From: Atractiella rhizophila
Taxonomy: Eukaryota
Reading direction: 5' to 3'
Assembly (NCBI GenBank): GCA_021432655.1
Contig: MU271265.1
Coordinates: 1 to 64,000, forward strand
DNA: 64,000 bases
Position 1 is the first letter of the stretch. Every line of letters begins with the position of its first letter. A model generated the notes under the pieces. That model was not told the DNA's origin and did no database searches. It saw nothing but the letters and a program-made list of their open reading frames with translations. Shown in pieces: positions 16,910-31,155 of the stretch. The translations under genes and the position numbers were made by a program.

Positions 16910-17959
16910 ATGGACGGAGACGCTCTGGATATAAACTATGAGGTAGAAGACTTTAATGACTTAGTTGAAGGTGAAGATGGAGTCGAGATTGAGAGCTCGC
17001 CGCCTACGCAGAAAAAGAGAAAGCGGGAAGAGCAAGAATTGAAGTCAATAAGTGCCAAACGGCCACAAAAGGTGTGTCATGAAGTTTTCAGGAATTCAGA
17101 GGTTAATAGGAGAAGAAAGAAGCGTAAAACTGCAAACGGAGCTGATTATGCCCGAAATGATGAAAAGATGTCCAACTTGCAAAAGAGCCTACAGACGGAT
17201 ATTATCGTCGACTTACAAGCCAGAGCCCTCAAAGACCTGTCTAAGTTAGAGCTGAGCGAGATACTGATTGACGGTATGTTGTTTACGTTGTAATCGAAAG
17301 TCGAAAATCGCTTAACAAATGTATAGAGAGCTTCCTGTTAGACACATCCAAAGTACGACTTCTTGCTTGGAACTTGGAAGGCTCGCCGAGTTGATGTGCG
17401 GGGGGCATAGCTTGACAATACTGGAGATCTAGATAAATTTGTTGCCACTTGTACGTTCTCAAACCGACCACATCATCCCTTATGACGTGCATCCCACAGT
17501 CCACAGCCCAACAGAGCCAATATCCAACGCAGCACCTCAGCTAATCGCTCTTTGTTCATCCGCCCTTCGAACACTCGATTTAATTCGAGATCTTCGAAAG
17601 CTTTCTCCTTCCATGCCTGTTGCGAAGCTGTTCGCCAAGCACATGAAGCTAGAAGCCCAAGTTTCGGATTTGCGAAAAAAGAAGTATTCTGCAGCAGCTG
17701 GGACACCGGATCGGATTCTAAAACTTTTACATGAAGAGGCACTCGAATTAAAGGAGTGTAAATGGCTAGTGATAGACAGTTGGAAAGATGCGAAAGGTCG
17801 ATGGATATTGGATGACCGTGAGACTGCTAGGAAGGCATATGAGGTCTTAGCTCACGGAAAGGTGTTGACTAGATTGAAGGTACGTGGTTCCTTCGGCTAC
17901 CACAATTGACTAACACAGGAAATCCAAAGGATGGAAAGATGAGAATAGTCGTGTTCTAG
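16910..17959 (+). CDS. CMS1: U3-containing 90S pre-ribosome factor Cms1
   Basis: LCSSALRTLDLIR, VAKLFAKHMKL, GTPDRILKLL and LVIDSWKDAK are characteristic of Cms1. Confidence 0.85.
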
Positions 17960-18906
17960 CAATCTAGGAGACATGACGAATAAAGTCCTATTAAGTTGCC
18001 ACGAAGTTTGCTATATTGCACTGGTTGCCTGATGACATCGCGGATTTAGGTGGGTCGGCTCTTGTTTGATTACATCTCAGGTTGGCGTGTTACGCTGGGA
18101 TATTTAGACCAATGCTTCAAGTTTTGATTTGCTTTACAATTCAGCCAAGCAGATTACACTACTGCATGCCGCATGAGTCAAAATTGTCCATTTTATCTTA
18201 TACAAACTGTATCGAAGCACGCTTCTTCCACAAAGAACCTTTCGATCTTGTGGTGCCAGCGAGACTTCTACTCGAGATAATGAGTTTAGGTGACACGTCC
18301 GTGCACATGCACAGCGGTCCCAGCTCAGCAGTTCGAACACTCAAACCTGCAGGCAGACGAGGTCATGGAAAGGCATGGAAGAACCTTTAATTAACCATGA
18401 CTCAGGCCTAGCACTCTTTGAGCTTTCAGAACTCAGGACCTGCGCCAGCTCGCGGGATACTGCCCCATAAACTTCTGGCTTTCCCTGATCTAGACTTCAA
18501 TGATTCGGTGGATTTGGACAACTCGCTGTCACATCAGAACCAGGTTAAGGTTCGCAGCCAATCAGCTACGGTAGCTAAATTTGACATAAAGTTGCATAAA
18601 GCAAATGGGATGAAATCCCGCTTGTGTTTCTTGACTATCTCTTTTATCAGGATGGAGGGATGTGGAGAGTTCAGTAATGCACCGTAAAATTAGCCGCGAT
18701 TGTGCTTTCCACTCCATGTGATCCCGCTGCGTCGTATCCAAGGACGCCCAGTTCCAACTGTTCTTCCGTACCGACGTTCATAAAGGCACTCCCGCTTTTT
18801 TCACGTTCATCCAAGCCTTGATTTTTATCGTCCGACCTTCAGCCTGTTCATAAGATTTCAGGCTTTTTTGCTTTCTTGCCCAGTGGGCATGTAAAATTTC
18901 GTGAAC

Positions 18907-20419
18907 ATGGCCACCATGATTGGGCCCGATGTCCAGGAGATGGTAAACCTCATTGCTGGTCCGTTAGCTCTTGGCTCGTACGTTGCTACCATGTACGTTC
19001 CTCATCGAACCGGCCATCTTGCAGCAATGCTGAAGAGAGGTTGAGCACAGGTTCTGGACGGCAGAACTCATTCTGTTCTTCCACTACCTATCTCGCTTCT
19101 GGCGATCAGATCACTGGTTCCTTCGAAGTACCGTCATCATTGTGGGCTATCTGCGGTCTTGTGCAGAGGACAAAAACTGATAGAATCTGGACAGCTAGTG
19201 GCGACAGACACTGTTCTGGTGGTGACTGAGATAGTTGGTGTGTACAAGTATACCGTCTCTTTCTGGTCCGTGGATTCGCGTTCTTCCTCTCTCTCACTTT
19301 CTGGAGAATGAAACATCGACTTATAATTTGACAGGGGAAACACTACTTACCTTACATCGCAAGACAAATCGCTGCCGAGATATGAGATCCTGGTCGGTTA
19401 GTCCCTCCTTTCCGCATCATAATATTGCATAATTGCCACAAATAGGTCTTTCAGCAGCGATCGTACAAGGCTTCCTGATTTTTCGATACTACAAACTCTC
19501 GAAGAACTGGCTTGTCTGCATATTCCTCTTTCTGTGCACCATGACTGCCGTAAGTCATTTTTGTCTCCACTCACTGGTTGAAACCGTTGGGGACTAGTTC
19601 GTCTCAGCGATCCTCATTGCGGTGCTCAATTTACGCTTCGACAAGATTGAAGAACGTACCAAGCTTACGACAATAGTGACTATATTTGCAGCTGTGAGCG
19701 CCGGAACGGACGTGCTCATCGCTGCTCTATTGGCCGTCACTTTATACAAGTGGAGAGGGAGGACCAGCAACATAGTTCAAAGATCGTATGCCTCTCCTTG
19801 CTCGTCAACTCGAAGTGTTAGATTCGAACTAGGGTCTGTGCTGAAGGCTTATTGTGGACCTCATCATCACTAGCGTGGAGACCGGTACCTTCACCGCCTT
19901 CTGGGCCATAGGCGTCCTGCTTGCGTTCCTTTTCAAAAAGAACTCAAATGTTGGTCCTGGATTAGCCTTTCCTCTAGGTGCGTCTCGTTCTTTCCAAGAC
20001 GATTTAGCTCATCCTTTAAATAATTCAGGACACGCTTGTGAGTCCCCCTGTCGTAATGGCGCAGAAAGCTGACCAGGCATGAATGGGAAGATGCGTTGAC
20101 CATGCTCTTCAACCTACTCCTCCGAAAAACTCCACAGCTGCATTCAACAAAGCTTTCCCCCTCTATTGACGGCTCACAGAATCCGAAAAGCGCGGAAAAG
20201 TTCCCAATGCGGACACGCGTAGTGCCAGTGTCAGATGTTAGTGTCCTCAACCCACTGCATATCAACTATTAGAGCTGGATTATCTGATGTTGGGAACATT
20301 ATCAGGAGCACAGGCCAGAAACCCGCATAAATATGGAAAACCTAAGCGATGACAACGCAGTGTCCAGCGATTCTCTGGTGTCGAATGCACCGTTAACTGG
20401 GCGATTCGGTCCAAGCTAG
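18907..20419 (+). CDS. Multi-pass membrane protein, DUF6534-type family, spliced
   Basis: GPLALG near the N-terminus, hydrophobic exons, SAGTDVLIAA and LIITSVETGTFTA...AFPLG|HA|YALTMLFNLLLR. 3' end approximate. Confidence 0.65.
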
Positions 20420-20592
20420 ATTGTGCTGATCGGTTGGATTGAAAGGTTGCTGGACATCCTACGTCGTTCATTTGTCTGTAATCTAGATCCCGTCGCATTG
20501 ACTTAATCAGAAAAGTTATTTGTGCGTTGCTGAGTCCTCCTGTCTTGCCTGCAGTCAGGTTTTATGTGAAAGCGGTGCTGGTGGAGAACGGA

Positions 20593-22035
20593 TCAAGATT
20601 GCGTCCTTTCCATTCTCCTTTTCTCCATGTCATCCAGTCCCTTCTTCACATCGCCAATCTTGGCCAGCATAACCTTACATGCATCCCTGAACAACCTCTG
20701 CACTTCCATCGCTCCAGAACTCTCGATGGTATCTAAAACGAAGGCATCAGATCCAGTTAGACATTCTCGATAAAGATGAATGAAAGACAAACAAATGAAA
20801 TGATCTCTTTTCCTTCCAAGCTCCACCATCCCCTCGAATTCCTTATGTCTGAGTGCCTCCCTGCTAACGGTATCCTTTCGTGGATTGACAACGATCACTT
20901 GACCATCCCGCTTCTCCAGGACTCCAGGGCGGAAGCAAGCGATGAACTTGTCTTGCAGAGCTGGGGGGATGGGTCGGGTTATGTGGATTGTTGGGAGCAG
21001 GCGATAAGATGCCGTGGCTTCGAAATCATGCATGTCGGCAACGAGGAGGGAAAGAGAGATGGAGAAAAACGTACCGACAGGGGAGAATTTGGCGTGGTCC
21101 TTTCCGATGCCTTTGACTGCATGCATTTCAGCTTTGATCACCTTTCGTGTCTGTCAGATAAAACTATTCACAGTGTGAAACAAATCAAACCTGTCCGGGT
21201 GCCATCTTTGCGAGAAGAATATCAGGATTTGCTACCCGTGGTGTAAGACCTGGATCACTATCGAAACCGAACATTGCATCTTGATCTCCTTCCGATTTGA
21301 ATTCGAGCTGATGCGAATACACTATAGACTCGTCACCGATTTCCTCTGAGTTAGAGGGAAGTGGTGACGGGTACTAACATTCTCGTCCTGTTACGACCCC
21401 ATCCGTATTGGTATCGCCTTTCCCCTTTTTTCTTGTGTTCAAAGTCTCTATTGAGCATTCGGCATTGAGGTGAAAGATGACAGTGTTAGCTACTGTTGGC
21501 TCGCCTATCGAATGGATGGCGCGAATCATCAGCAAGAAGAAGTAGCAGACAAAAAGCGAACCGTTTGGAAATTCCAGTTTGTCGGGATCTATCCGAAGGG
21601 GTACTAATCCCAAACGGTGAGATAGAACCTCGTCTTGTATTATCGATGTGTTTAGCCACATGTAAACCGTTTCGATTGCTACAGATGGAACCTGTACCGT
21701 TGGGTCAATATGAACTAGAGTTTTCAGGAGCAAGAGTAGAAGGGAATACTGACCTCAGCGATCAAAACTCGCCGCAAAGCATTAGCGACGCTGGCGTCCA
21801 CGCCGACAAGGTCAAACTCCATCTCGTCCCCTTGTATACGGTTAACAGTCAAGCGGGTCTCCTGCACAAATCATGAGCAAAAGACATCGTAACCTGGAGA
21901 ACCACAAACATGCTGCCAGCGTGAGAAATCCCATTCGTATTCTTCCCCTGGAGTATGTCCAGGGAAATTGGTGGAATGTACGTGGTCTACTGTTTCGAGA
22001 TTAAGACGAATCTCTTCTTTGGGATTCAAGCCCAT
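20593..22035 (-). CDS. RPC40: RNA polymerase I/III shared subunit AC40
   Basis: EFDLVGVDASVANALRRVLIAE, VPSVAIETVYMWLNTSIIQDEVLSHRLGLVP, KGIGKDHAKFSPV and ATASYRLLP. Confidence 0.95.
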
Positions 22036-22724
22036 CCTGCGAAGAAGTGTTGTTGAGGTGCTATTAGCTATAGCGAGTGACGGGGCTAAAGGTAGGATGT
22101 CACGTTAAGAGCAATACAGTGCAGGAAAGGCTCGTAAGGACTTGCTGCAGTTTGATTTATGACTGACTCGTAGCTTTAGAGGTGACAGTATAACCTGGCT
22201 TGACTTTTTTTTGAATTTTTCCGTAGTTTCGATATTACAGCCGTAGTTTTGCAATGACATCACGAATCTGAATGAATGAGAACAGTAAACTAACTAATGC
22301 CGCTTACTTGGATCTAGGTATAGACAGAGTTTCAATGATTTTTGATATCTACATTTTATATACAGTGACGATTTAGACAAGGTCTCCAATGCGATACACA
22401 TTTCCTCTTCAGTATTATAGTGACCCTCGACAAACATATTTATTGGATTTTGTAATAGTGTGACTGATGTACGAGTTTGTTGACTTCGCTACTGTGAGTG
22501 TACTGTCACTGTACGTGATTCTCTGATGTCGACTCGGACTTCTTCCCCACATGGTTCATCTGCATTACCATCTGCCCTTTCACCCTCCCGGACTCTTTCT
22601 ACTTGTTAGCTGTTGGTGTCGGCCGTAATGACGTTCACTTTTGGTGCAAAGCCCAGACGAGGTCCAATAATAAAAGGAAGGTTCGAATCGATTTCTTTTG
22701 CGAAATCAGGTTCAGGGCTACAAA

Positions 22725-24628
22725 ATGTATTTGTCCAACGTCACAGCGCCAGGTTATGCGAACGCCTTTGCGGCATGTTCTTCCATCTTAGCCTCGCTGG
22801 GCGCTTCGAAGGTCGCAGTGAAGGGATCAGAAGAATGGGAAGCAGGAAGGACGACGGCTCGAGATTATTTCAACCAACTCCAAAAGCCTGCATGTATTGT
22901 CTTTCCCGAAGCTGCTGAGGACGTCCAGACGGCTATGAGAGCCATCTATCACCACGAGGCAGATTACGCCGTCCAAGCTGGTGGCCATAGCCAAATGACA
23001 GGATGGAACAAGTGCGCTGTTTACTGACTCTCCAAGTTTAACGCACTGAAGCTCTTTGAAGTGTCGATGACGGAGTTCTCATTCATTTCGAAGACATGAA
23101 CAGCTTCTCGTATAACGCTGAAGCTGACTCCGTCACGCTACAACCTGGCGTTCGGTGGGGAGATGCTTTGAAGGGGCTGCAACAATACAACGTAGCTGTA
23201 GCTGGCGGAAGATTAGGGTAAGTTCCATTTGGACTGGGTATCTGTCACGTAAAACTGAGTGCGCCGCCGGCAGCGATGTAGGAACTGGACTTCTCCTCGG
23301 CGGCGGCTTCTGTTACTGGTCCCCTCAAGTCGGTTGGTCCGCCTCCACGATTCGAGAGGCGGACGTAGTTTTAACCAATGGGACGCTGGTAACCGCTAAT
23401 GCGGATAATGAGCACGCGGATTTGTTCAAATGCCTGAAGGGAGGAGGCAATCGTTTTGGCATTGTGACTAGATTTGAAGTGCGTAGTTGTTTGCGGACAG
23501 GAAAAGTTGACGACGGGCTCCTTCAACTAGGTCGACGCAATACACACTGGTCCTAATGAGTGGTATGGTGGACTGTTTCTCGTACGTCAACTTGGTGTAC
23601 ATCCCAAGATTTCTGAATTTGGTCCAAGTACGACAATTCAACCGCCACGGAACTGCTTGACGCTTTCACGGCATTTGTTCGAGACACAAACGATCCTAAA
23701 TCTTGTAAGTCGCATACTGTTATCACACTACGTGTATCGTTGCATTGACTGCCTCTGGTTCGGCAGCTGTCATGCAAGCCTTGACCTACGGAATTTTACC
23801 GAATGGCACCATCACCAGCACACACCTCGTTGCCCCCATGTACAACGGACCATCATTTCCAGATGGCATGTTCGATGCTTTCATATCTATCCCGCATACG
23901 ACGTATTTACCCCTCGGCCCTCTAAGTTACAACGATGGAGTTGCGACAATCCTTGATTCTGTTCGCCGCAACCTCTTTTTTCCTGGGATCAATGCTAACT
24001 TGCTTGCTCACAGACCACCGGAGGCGGCTCAAGGACATTCGGGACAAACGCTCAAGTCGGAGATGACGATCTTTTCTACGATACCTACGCTTCCTTTAAT
24101 AACTTGCTGTACACTCTTGCAGCTGATCCCGGAGTACGAGAACTTGGGTTGACTTTGGGGCTTGGCTTCAACTCGATTCCTCAAAGCCAGATTGAGAAGA
24201 GCAGGGAAAGGGGAGGCACGGTCATCGATCCCACAGACGGCAATTACGCCCTCATCTATTACGAGAGTGTCTACATGACCAATGTGACGGAACGGCTTGC
24301 CATTGAAAGCGAAGGCACTATCAATTTCCTGAACGGGTGAGCATTCCCGCAGCAGACAACTTGCACATCTAGGAATTGATGCACCATTTACTGCAGAATA
24401 AAGCACTCGCCTGGAAAGCCGTTTTATCTGAACGAGTCCGACAAGCGACAAATGGTTTTCGAGACTTACGGGCAATACGAGTTTATGAAGCACGTCTACG
24501 CGAAGTACGACCCGACAAGGTATGATCCTCCATCTTTTTTTTCCTGTCTTCCTGTATTGACGTAATAACGACTTGGGATGCTAAACAGGTTCAATGTTCG
24601 ACATTCCGCCGGACCGTCCGGACTCTGA
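22725..24628 (+). CDS. FAD-binding oxidoreductase (VAO/PCMH, BBE-like), copy A
   Basis: PACIVFP, AVQAGGHS (candidate covalent-FAD His), VGTGLLLGGG, DLFKCLKGGGNRFGIVTRF, FYLNES and KYDP. An upstream signal exon cannot be excluded. Confidence 0.85.
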
Positions 24629-25251
24629 ATCCTTTTGGTTCTTGCTTCTTGCTTCGACTGGAAGGGGATACTCAATTGTGACTGGGTTATTATATAAATT
24701 CGATCACAGCACGAACTGTGTGTGCTATGATGTTTGAACCTCTCGGTAGATGAGAAGAACAATGGATCAATACGCAAAATGATGTTTGTGTATTTTTCAG
24801 TCACTCCTCCGAGTCCATTAAGAGACACATGAGATGAATAGCTTTGTGCAAGAAAACAAGGAACAAATTAATCTAACTGTCACAGTTGTCGATTGTACAT
24901 GCACAAGTGGGCACAATCCATTTTGGCGAACTGAGTCGATAACTTCAAGTTGAATATTGTATCCTCGCCATTACGCCAATCAGTTTGTTGTTGACTCGTG
25001 CATCATACATGAGCAAGCCCTGTTCTTACACGATGCACCGCCGTCAGCTCTGCTGAAACGACGACTCTGCCTTCTTCCCCGCACCCACCATATGCCTTGC
25101 CACCTGCGTCGTCGATCCTGGTCTCCTCCCTCCTCTCCTCCTCGGCTTGATGAGTTCGGCCGTCCACCGATCGCTTGACACAAAATTCTTACATATAAGG
25201 GAAGGCACAAATCTGCCTTAGTACAACTTGGTGCTCAGGGAGGACTGCAAC

Positions 25252-27145
25252 ATGTATATCTCCAACGTCACGGCTTCAGGTTATGCGAGCGCTTTTGCGG
25301 CGTGTTCTTCCATCTTAGCTTCCTTGGGCGCTTCGAAGGTCGCAGTGAAGGGATCAGAAGAATGGGAAGCAGGAAGGACGACGGCTCGAGATTATTTCAA
25401 CCAACTCCAAAAGCCTGCATGTATTGTCTTTCCCGAAGCTGCTGAGGACGTCCAGACGGCTATGAGAGCCATCTATCACCACGAGGCAGATTACGCCGTC
25501 CAAGCTGGTGGCCATAGCCAAATGACAGGATGGAACAAGTGCGCTGTTTACTGACTCTCCAAGTTTAACGCACTGAAGCTCTTTGAAGTGTCGATGACGG
25601 AGTTCTCATTCATTTCGAAGACATGAACAGCTTCTCGTATAACGCTGAAGTTGACTCCGTCACGCTACAACCTGGCGTTCGGTGGGGGGATGTTTTGAAG
25701 GGGTTACAACAATACGACGTGGCTGTGGCTGGAGGAAGACTAGGGTAAGTTCCCTGTGTTCTTGTGCTAAAAGTTGAGGTGCATGCTCGCCGTGCAGGGA
25801 TGTAGGAACTGGACTTCTCCTCGGAGGCGGCTTCTGTTACTGGTCCCCTCAAGTCGGTTGGTCCGCCTCGACTATTCGAGAGGCGGACGTGGTATTGACG
25901 AATGGGACTCTGGTGACTGCTAATGCGGACAATGAGCATGCAGATCTGTTCAGATGCCTGAAGGGAGGAGGTAATCGCTTTGGCATTGTGACCAGATTTG
26001 AAGTCAGTGGCTGTTTTTCTCTGATAAACACGTTGCTGACGAAAGAGCTTCTTCATTGAGGTGGACGCAATACACACCGGTCCGAATGAGTGGTACGGTG
26101 GACTGTTTCTAGTATACCTGCCGCTCTCACCCTGTTTGGAGATGCTGATGCCCAATCCAGTATGACAACTCAACAGTTATGGACCTTTTGGATGCTTTCA
26201 CGGCTTTCGTTCGAGATACGGATGATCCGAAAGCTTGTCTGTTGCTCTTGATATTCTGTATCGCTGCAACTGACTTTTTGAATTCGGTAGCTGTCATGCA
26301 AGGCCTAACCTATGTAATTCTGCCAAATGGCACCATCACCAGCACACATCTCGTTGCCCCCATGTACAACGGACCATCATTTCCAGATGGGATGTTCGAT
26401 GCTTTCATATCCATCCCGCATACGACGTATTTGCCGCTCGGCCCACTGACGTACAACGATGGGGTTGCGACAATCCTTGATTCGGTTCGCCGCTACCTCT
26501 TCCTTCCTGCGGATATGTGCTAAAACAACACTTGATCACAGACGACAGGTGGTGGTCCCAGGACCTTCGGGACAAATGCTCAAGTGGGAGACTATGACCT
26601 CTTCTACGATACCTTCACTTCATTTAACAACTTGCTGTACACTCTGGCTGCAGATCCAGATGTTCGAGAGCATGGGATGAGCTTCGGGCTTGGCTTCAAC
26701 TCGATCCCTCAAAGCCAGATTGAGAAGAGCAGGGAAAGGGGAGGTACGGTCATCGATCCCACAGACGGCAATTACGCCCTCGTCTACTACGAGAAAATAT
26801 ACAACACGAATGTAACCAAACCGCTCGCCATCGAAAGTGAAGCGACCATCAATTTCCTGAATGCGTTAGTATTTCTGCCGTATACAACTTGTATGTCAAC
26901 TGATATTCGCTACTGCAGAATAAAGCATTCGCCGGGAAAGCCGTTTTATTTGAACGAGTCCGACGAGCGACAAAAGGTTTTCGAAACATATGGTCAATAC
27001 GAATTCATGAAGAAGGTCTATGCGAAGTATGATCCTACTCGGTATGTCTGCTTTCTGCCCCTGTCTGCACTGCTTTAGTAAACTGAGGGACTGGGAATGG
27101 AACAGCTTCAATGTGCGACATACCAAAGGGCCTTCTGGACTTTGA
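25252..27145 (+). CDS. FAD-binding oxidoreductase (VAO/PCMH, BBE-like), tandem paralogue copy B
   Basis: Same motifs and intron positions as copy A, at about a 2.5-kb offset. Confidence 0.85.
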
Positions 27146-27403
27146 AAGTCCCACGGATTGTAGGAAATTTGCCCGTAGCAATATATTGAATTAGCAAATT
27201 CCTCAAACATCAGCTCTTCCTGACTCGACCTTGACTGTCATAGGCCAGCGGGCTATGGGAGTCTTATTTCCCATAATACAAGGTGCGCTACTTATGAATG
27301 CTTCTGGCTCTCCCTTTGCCCAGGTTGTGCTCTGTTTATGCCCTGGTGGGCGAAGAAGTGTATTCACCACACCTCGTTTTTTAAATTTCCAAGTTAAAGA
27401 ACC

Positions 27404-28098
27404 TCAGCATACCTCCAGGGCTCCGTTGAAGTTGGAGTAAGCGTCATCGCACGTTGACAAACAACCAGAATGAGGCGGTTGTTTCCTGCTCAACGAACGG
27501 GGGAGTTCCATCCTTACGATGGCCGTTGTTGCGGGTCTCTTAGACGACCGTGGTCGAACTTTGATACGGACGCCGTCGATGTCAGTAAGTTCGGTTCCAC
27601 TTCCAGCAAGAAGTTCCACGATTCTGAGCCCATTGCGACTACAGAACGGTCTGACGACATGAATCGCCGAAGACTTTAGGAAGAATGAGTTCAAGGATGC
27701 TGAACAGCGGTGAAGAAAACCAGCAAGAGGGAGAGCGTTATGACCTCCTTGCCTATTCGAATACGCATAGCACAAGTCGCGTTCAAAATAATATAAACAT
27801 AAAGCTGATACAAGTTGTCACGCTGTTGGTATCGAAGGTAACCGTGCGGGGAGGTTTTTCAACTCGATTTGTAGATTGAGGAGGTGCGGCGCGAGCTCGG
27901 ACACCATGATATAGTTGATATTTGATCTGGTATTTGTAGGGGTATCGTTCCGAGCCTATGGAATCTGCTGGACGAGGATAATTGTGGTGTCGCTTGATGG
28001 GCACAGAATTCGGCGGGGTTGGAGAAACTGAAAAGGTCAGGAGGAGTGGGACGGGCAAGTTTGAATATTTCGACAAGGGTATCCACTGGGAGCGACAT
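27404..28098 (-). pseudogene. Possible F-box-like gene fragment
   Basis: The ORF starts MSLPVDTLVEIF (F-box-like LP.E.L.EIF). No convincing spliced continuation found. Confidence 0.25.
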
Positions 28099-29570
28099 CC
28101 TGCTTGAGTGCTTTGTGCTGTGGGGGATGGCAGCAAACCGCTTAAAAAAAGGTGGAGGAAGTTGCAGTCAGATCTAGTCAAAGAAGAAGTGAATTCAGTC
28201 TTTTTAACAACTCATTCCGTGAGACCTCGTGGTATCAGCCCCGCAGCGAACAAGGAGGTTGGACGCTTATACTTGCCCTAAAGCCTAGCTTTGTTGAAGG
28301 CCCAGCCAATATTAACTAATCAGCTTTCAATTGCTGGGCGAAGTGCATCTTGGAATTTGATACCAAATATTCTTATTCTCTTTCATCCGCATTCCTAAGA
28401 TTAAGATGCTTGTAGTTTCATGCGCAACCATCATCTGTGTCCTCTGCATTATTTGACAAAGCATTGTGTGAATGTAGAACACGTGCACACCAGCATCATT
28501 GTTGCTGTTCCGAATGGCCATTTCTCATTTCCAACCTGGAATTATTAGAGGAGAACCCTGCAGCTAGCAACCAACGTTGTTCTAGTACTACTTGCCTTGT
28601 CGTGCCTCTGAGGTCCATCATTTTAATGATGTCGACGAGTTAGAAAAGTGATCCATAGACCTTCCTGCGATATGGCAGGATATGAGAAGAGTACGGCTCC
28701 CTTTTGTACGCGCGTCAACCTTTGTCAGGTGCATCATTAGCATCATCCTTGATGTTGGTCCCAATGGATGATGACAGGGCTGAGGGAACTGGGGAAGTAT
28801 CAGCATGTGCCTGTAATGCAAGCGACACAGGTAGGACTGCCGAAGGGGGATAAGAAATGTCGTTTACGTTTTCAAGTTAGTTTCGCTTCTCAGAGATATG
28901 AAAAGGCAGCAGAACTAATAAAGTTTATCACAGGCTTGTGGATCGGCTACAGGGATTCAACCAATGCGAAATCTCTATTATCTACAACGGGATACCCATA
29001 CTTTCATTGGCATTCGTTGAACAAGACCGCCGCAGGACGATGGCTGTCAAGTGCGCTCTACCTTTGTGAAGCACGGTACGAGGAACACGTGATTGCTCTC
29101 AAGCATGTTCGGTATGCATCTACAGTTGCGAAGAAAAGGACCTTGAAAGGCAAGCAAAGTTTGAATCAGCATCGGTACTCTCACCTGAGCAGTGACGTGC
29201 TCAAAAGAAGGCAGCGGTAATTATTCGATGAAAACCAACGCAATCAGATAAGCTCTGTCTCATTCACTCAGCACGCATTGTGGACAGATCGTGTAATATC
29301 AATTCTTCGTCAACTGCAAACCATAACCTCTTCTCAAGCAACCTCAACGAGTGAGGTGGATCGGAAAGTCAGGGAACTTTGCGTTAGCCCTTAGTTACAT
29401 GGTGAAGGTCGTTCCTTTGTTTGGTTCGCTTTTTACACATGTTGTGAATGTAACGACGACGACGGAAAAAGTTTCGGGGTCTATATGCTTGTTTTTTTTA
29501 AGCTTGGGTGTACGTTGGTAATTTCTACAAATTGCAATGGATGAAGTAGAGCATCGAAGTTTATAATGCA

Positions 29571-31155
29571 TTAGAATGCCGAAGTTTTGTACCATAGGAG
29601 TCCTGTTTGCGTTGTTAGTGTCGAATGAAGGAGGAACATGCCTGAAAACGTACCTATTAAAGAGACAAAGTATCCCACGAACTGTAGCGGTGTTATAGGG
29701 GTCGCATATAGTACGGCAGAGCCAGCTATTAAAATGATATCTTTTCTGTCTCCACAGATGTATTCACTTGCTGTCAACAGAATGGAGGAAACGGAACGTA
29801 CACTACTTTACTTAAGCTAAGGATTAATGAACTTAAGCCAATGAGGTAGGTGGCTGAAATGTTGAGGGCGAAGGCCAGAAAACAGTTGCTGAAAATGACG
29901 AGGAAACCAAGCTGGCGGAGAGCGCCAAATGGCGCAAAGCCTTCGATCGGGAGGATGAGGACGGCATTGATGACAAAGGAGGGCGGCGCGAAGAGCATGA
30001 GAGAGGAGAGGGGATTGAGTTTGAAGTTATGAAGGATGAGCTGGATCGAGGTGACACGAAGGGCTTCGATCACAACAGCAGAGCACTATGATGCCCCTCA
30101 GAAATGGTGGAGTCGTCAGAGCAGGAAGGACGAACTTGTATGAGGAAACCCGTGAGATTAAACTGCGCTTTCTGCATATGACGCTACGGCCACTCCGAGG
30201 GATATTACAGTGACTATGTGATAATAAGACGGGGATACGACGGAGGGTAAGGGGACGAACCAATGATAAAAAGCTTCTGGCTAGGTTGTTTGAGGCCAAG
30301 AATAAAGGACACTAGCGTGACTGCCACCGGAGAGAAGGATTTCAGCATGTGGATGTAGGCCACACTGTTGTGTCCAACATCAGCTTCATTCTCCAAAAGG
30401 GAACTACCTGCCTTATGTACAGGTATGCCCAATTGGAAAAGAGCAGAGACAACGAAAACAATACACCTATGTTGCAATTTCAGCGTGGACTCGAAAGGGA
30501 GCATCTTTCCTACAGATCGGCATGACGTTTCGCCAATAAACTTCCTTGGAATAAATGTTCTTCTGGGGGCTCCCTTCTTGCTGGAGTAGTTGCTCCTGCA
30601 GCTGTGCGCCTGTTTCCTTAGGCGCGGTAGTTACAGGAAGGGGTATAGCTTGAGACTGTGTAGGTGTTGCAGAAGGCATATTGACTAAATTCGTGTACCG
30701 TTTGAGTAAGGTAGTCGCTAGAGACTGAAAGGCTAGGTGTAACGTTGTAAGCGTCACAGGGTAGGGAAAACCATAGCCGCCTTTTTCGACTGGATCCTGT
30801 GAAAATTCAGGGACAGAATAGGGGATAGAAGGTCAAGGACGAACCATGATTTGCTTGTTGTAGAGAATTACTCCTGAAGAGATACAGATCCACACAAGTA
30901 TCATAACCCTTCATAGAGAGACTGCTTAGACTCTACATTCCGACTTAGAGAAAGGATATAATACCAGGCAGCTGCTCCACATGTTAGCGTGTGTCACAGA
31001 AATCCTGAAACCTTACGAGCAATGTTCGCCCATGGCGCTCTGGGGACCTCCTTCACCGTTGGCGGTGTGCCCACCATTGGAGCTCTGACCGGTGGATCTG
31101 TCATCCTGTTCTTCCCGTCCAGTTCATCTTGAAGCTGCTCTTTGATGAGTACCAT
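29571..31155 (-). CDS. Triose-phosphate transporter (TPT/SLC35-like) family nucleotide-sugar transporter
   Basis: WICISSGVILYNKQI, GYGFPYPVTLTTLHLAFQ, SVAYIHMLKSFSPVAV, EALRVTSIQLIL and AFALNIS. Confidence 0.85.

Noticed and set aside
22200..22250. T-runs and duplicated CCGTAGTTT upstream of RPC40
   Set aside because: Too short, with no matching terminus or TSD to support a mobile element or a specific regulatory site.
22725..27145. Secondary-metabolite gene cluster around the tandem FAD oxidases
   Set aside because: No PKS, NRPS, terpene synthase or other backbone gene in the window; neighbours are housekeeping genes and the MFS is more than 20 kb away.
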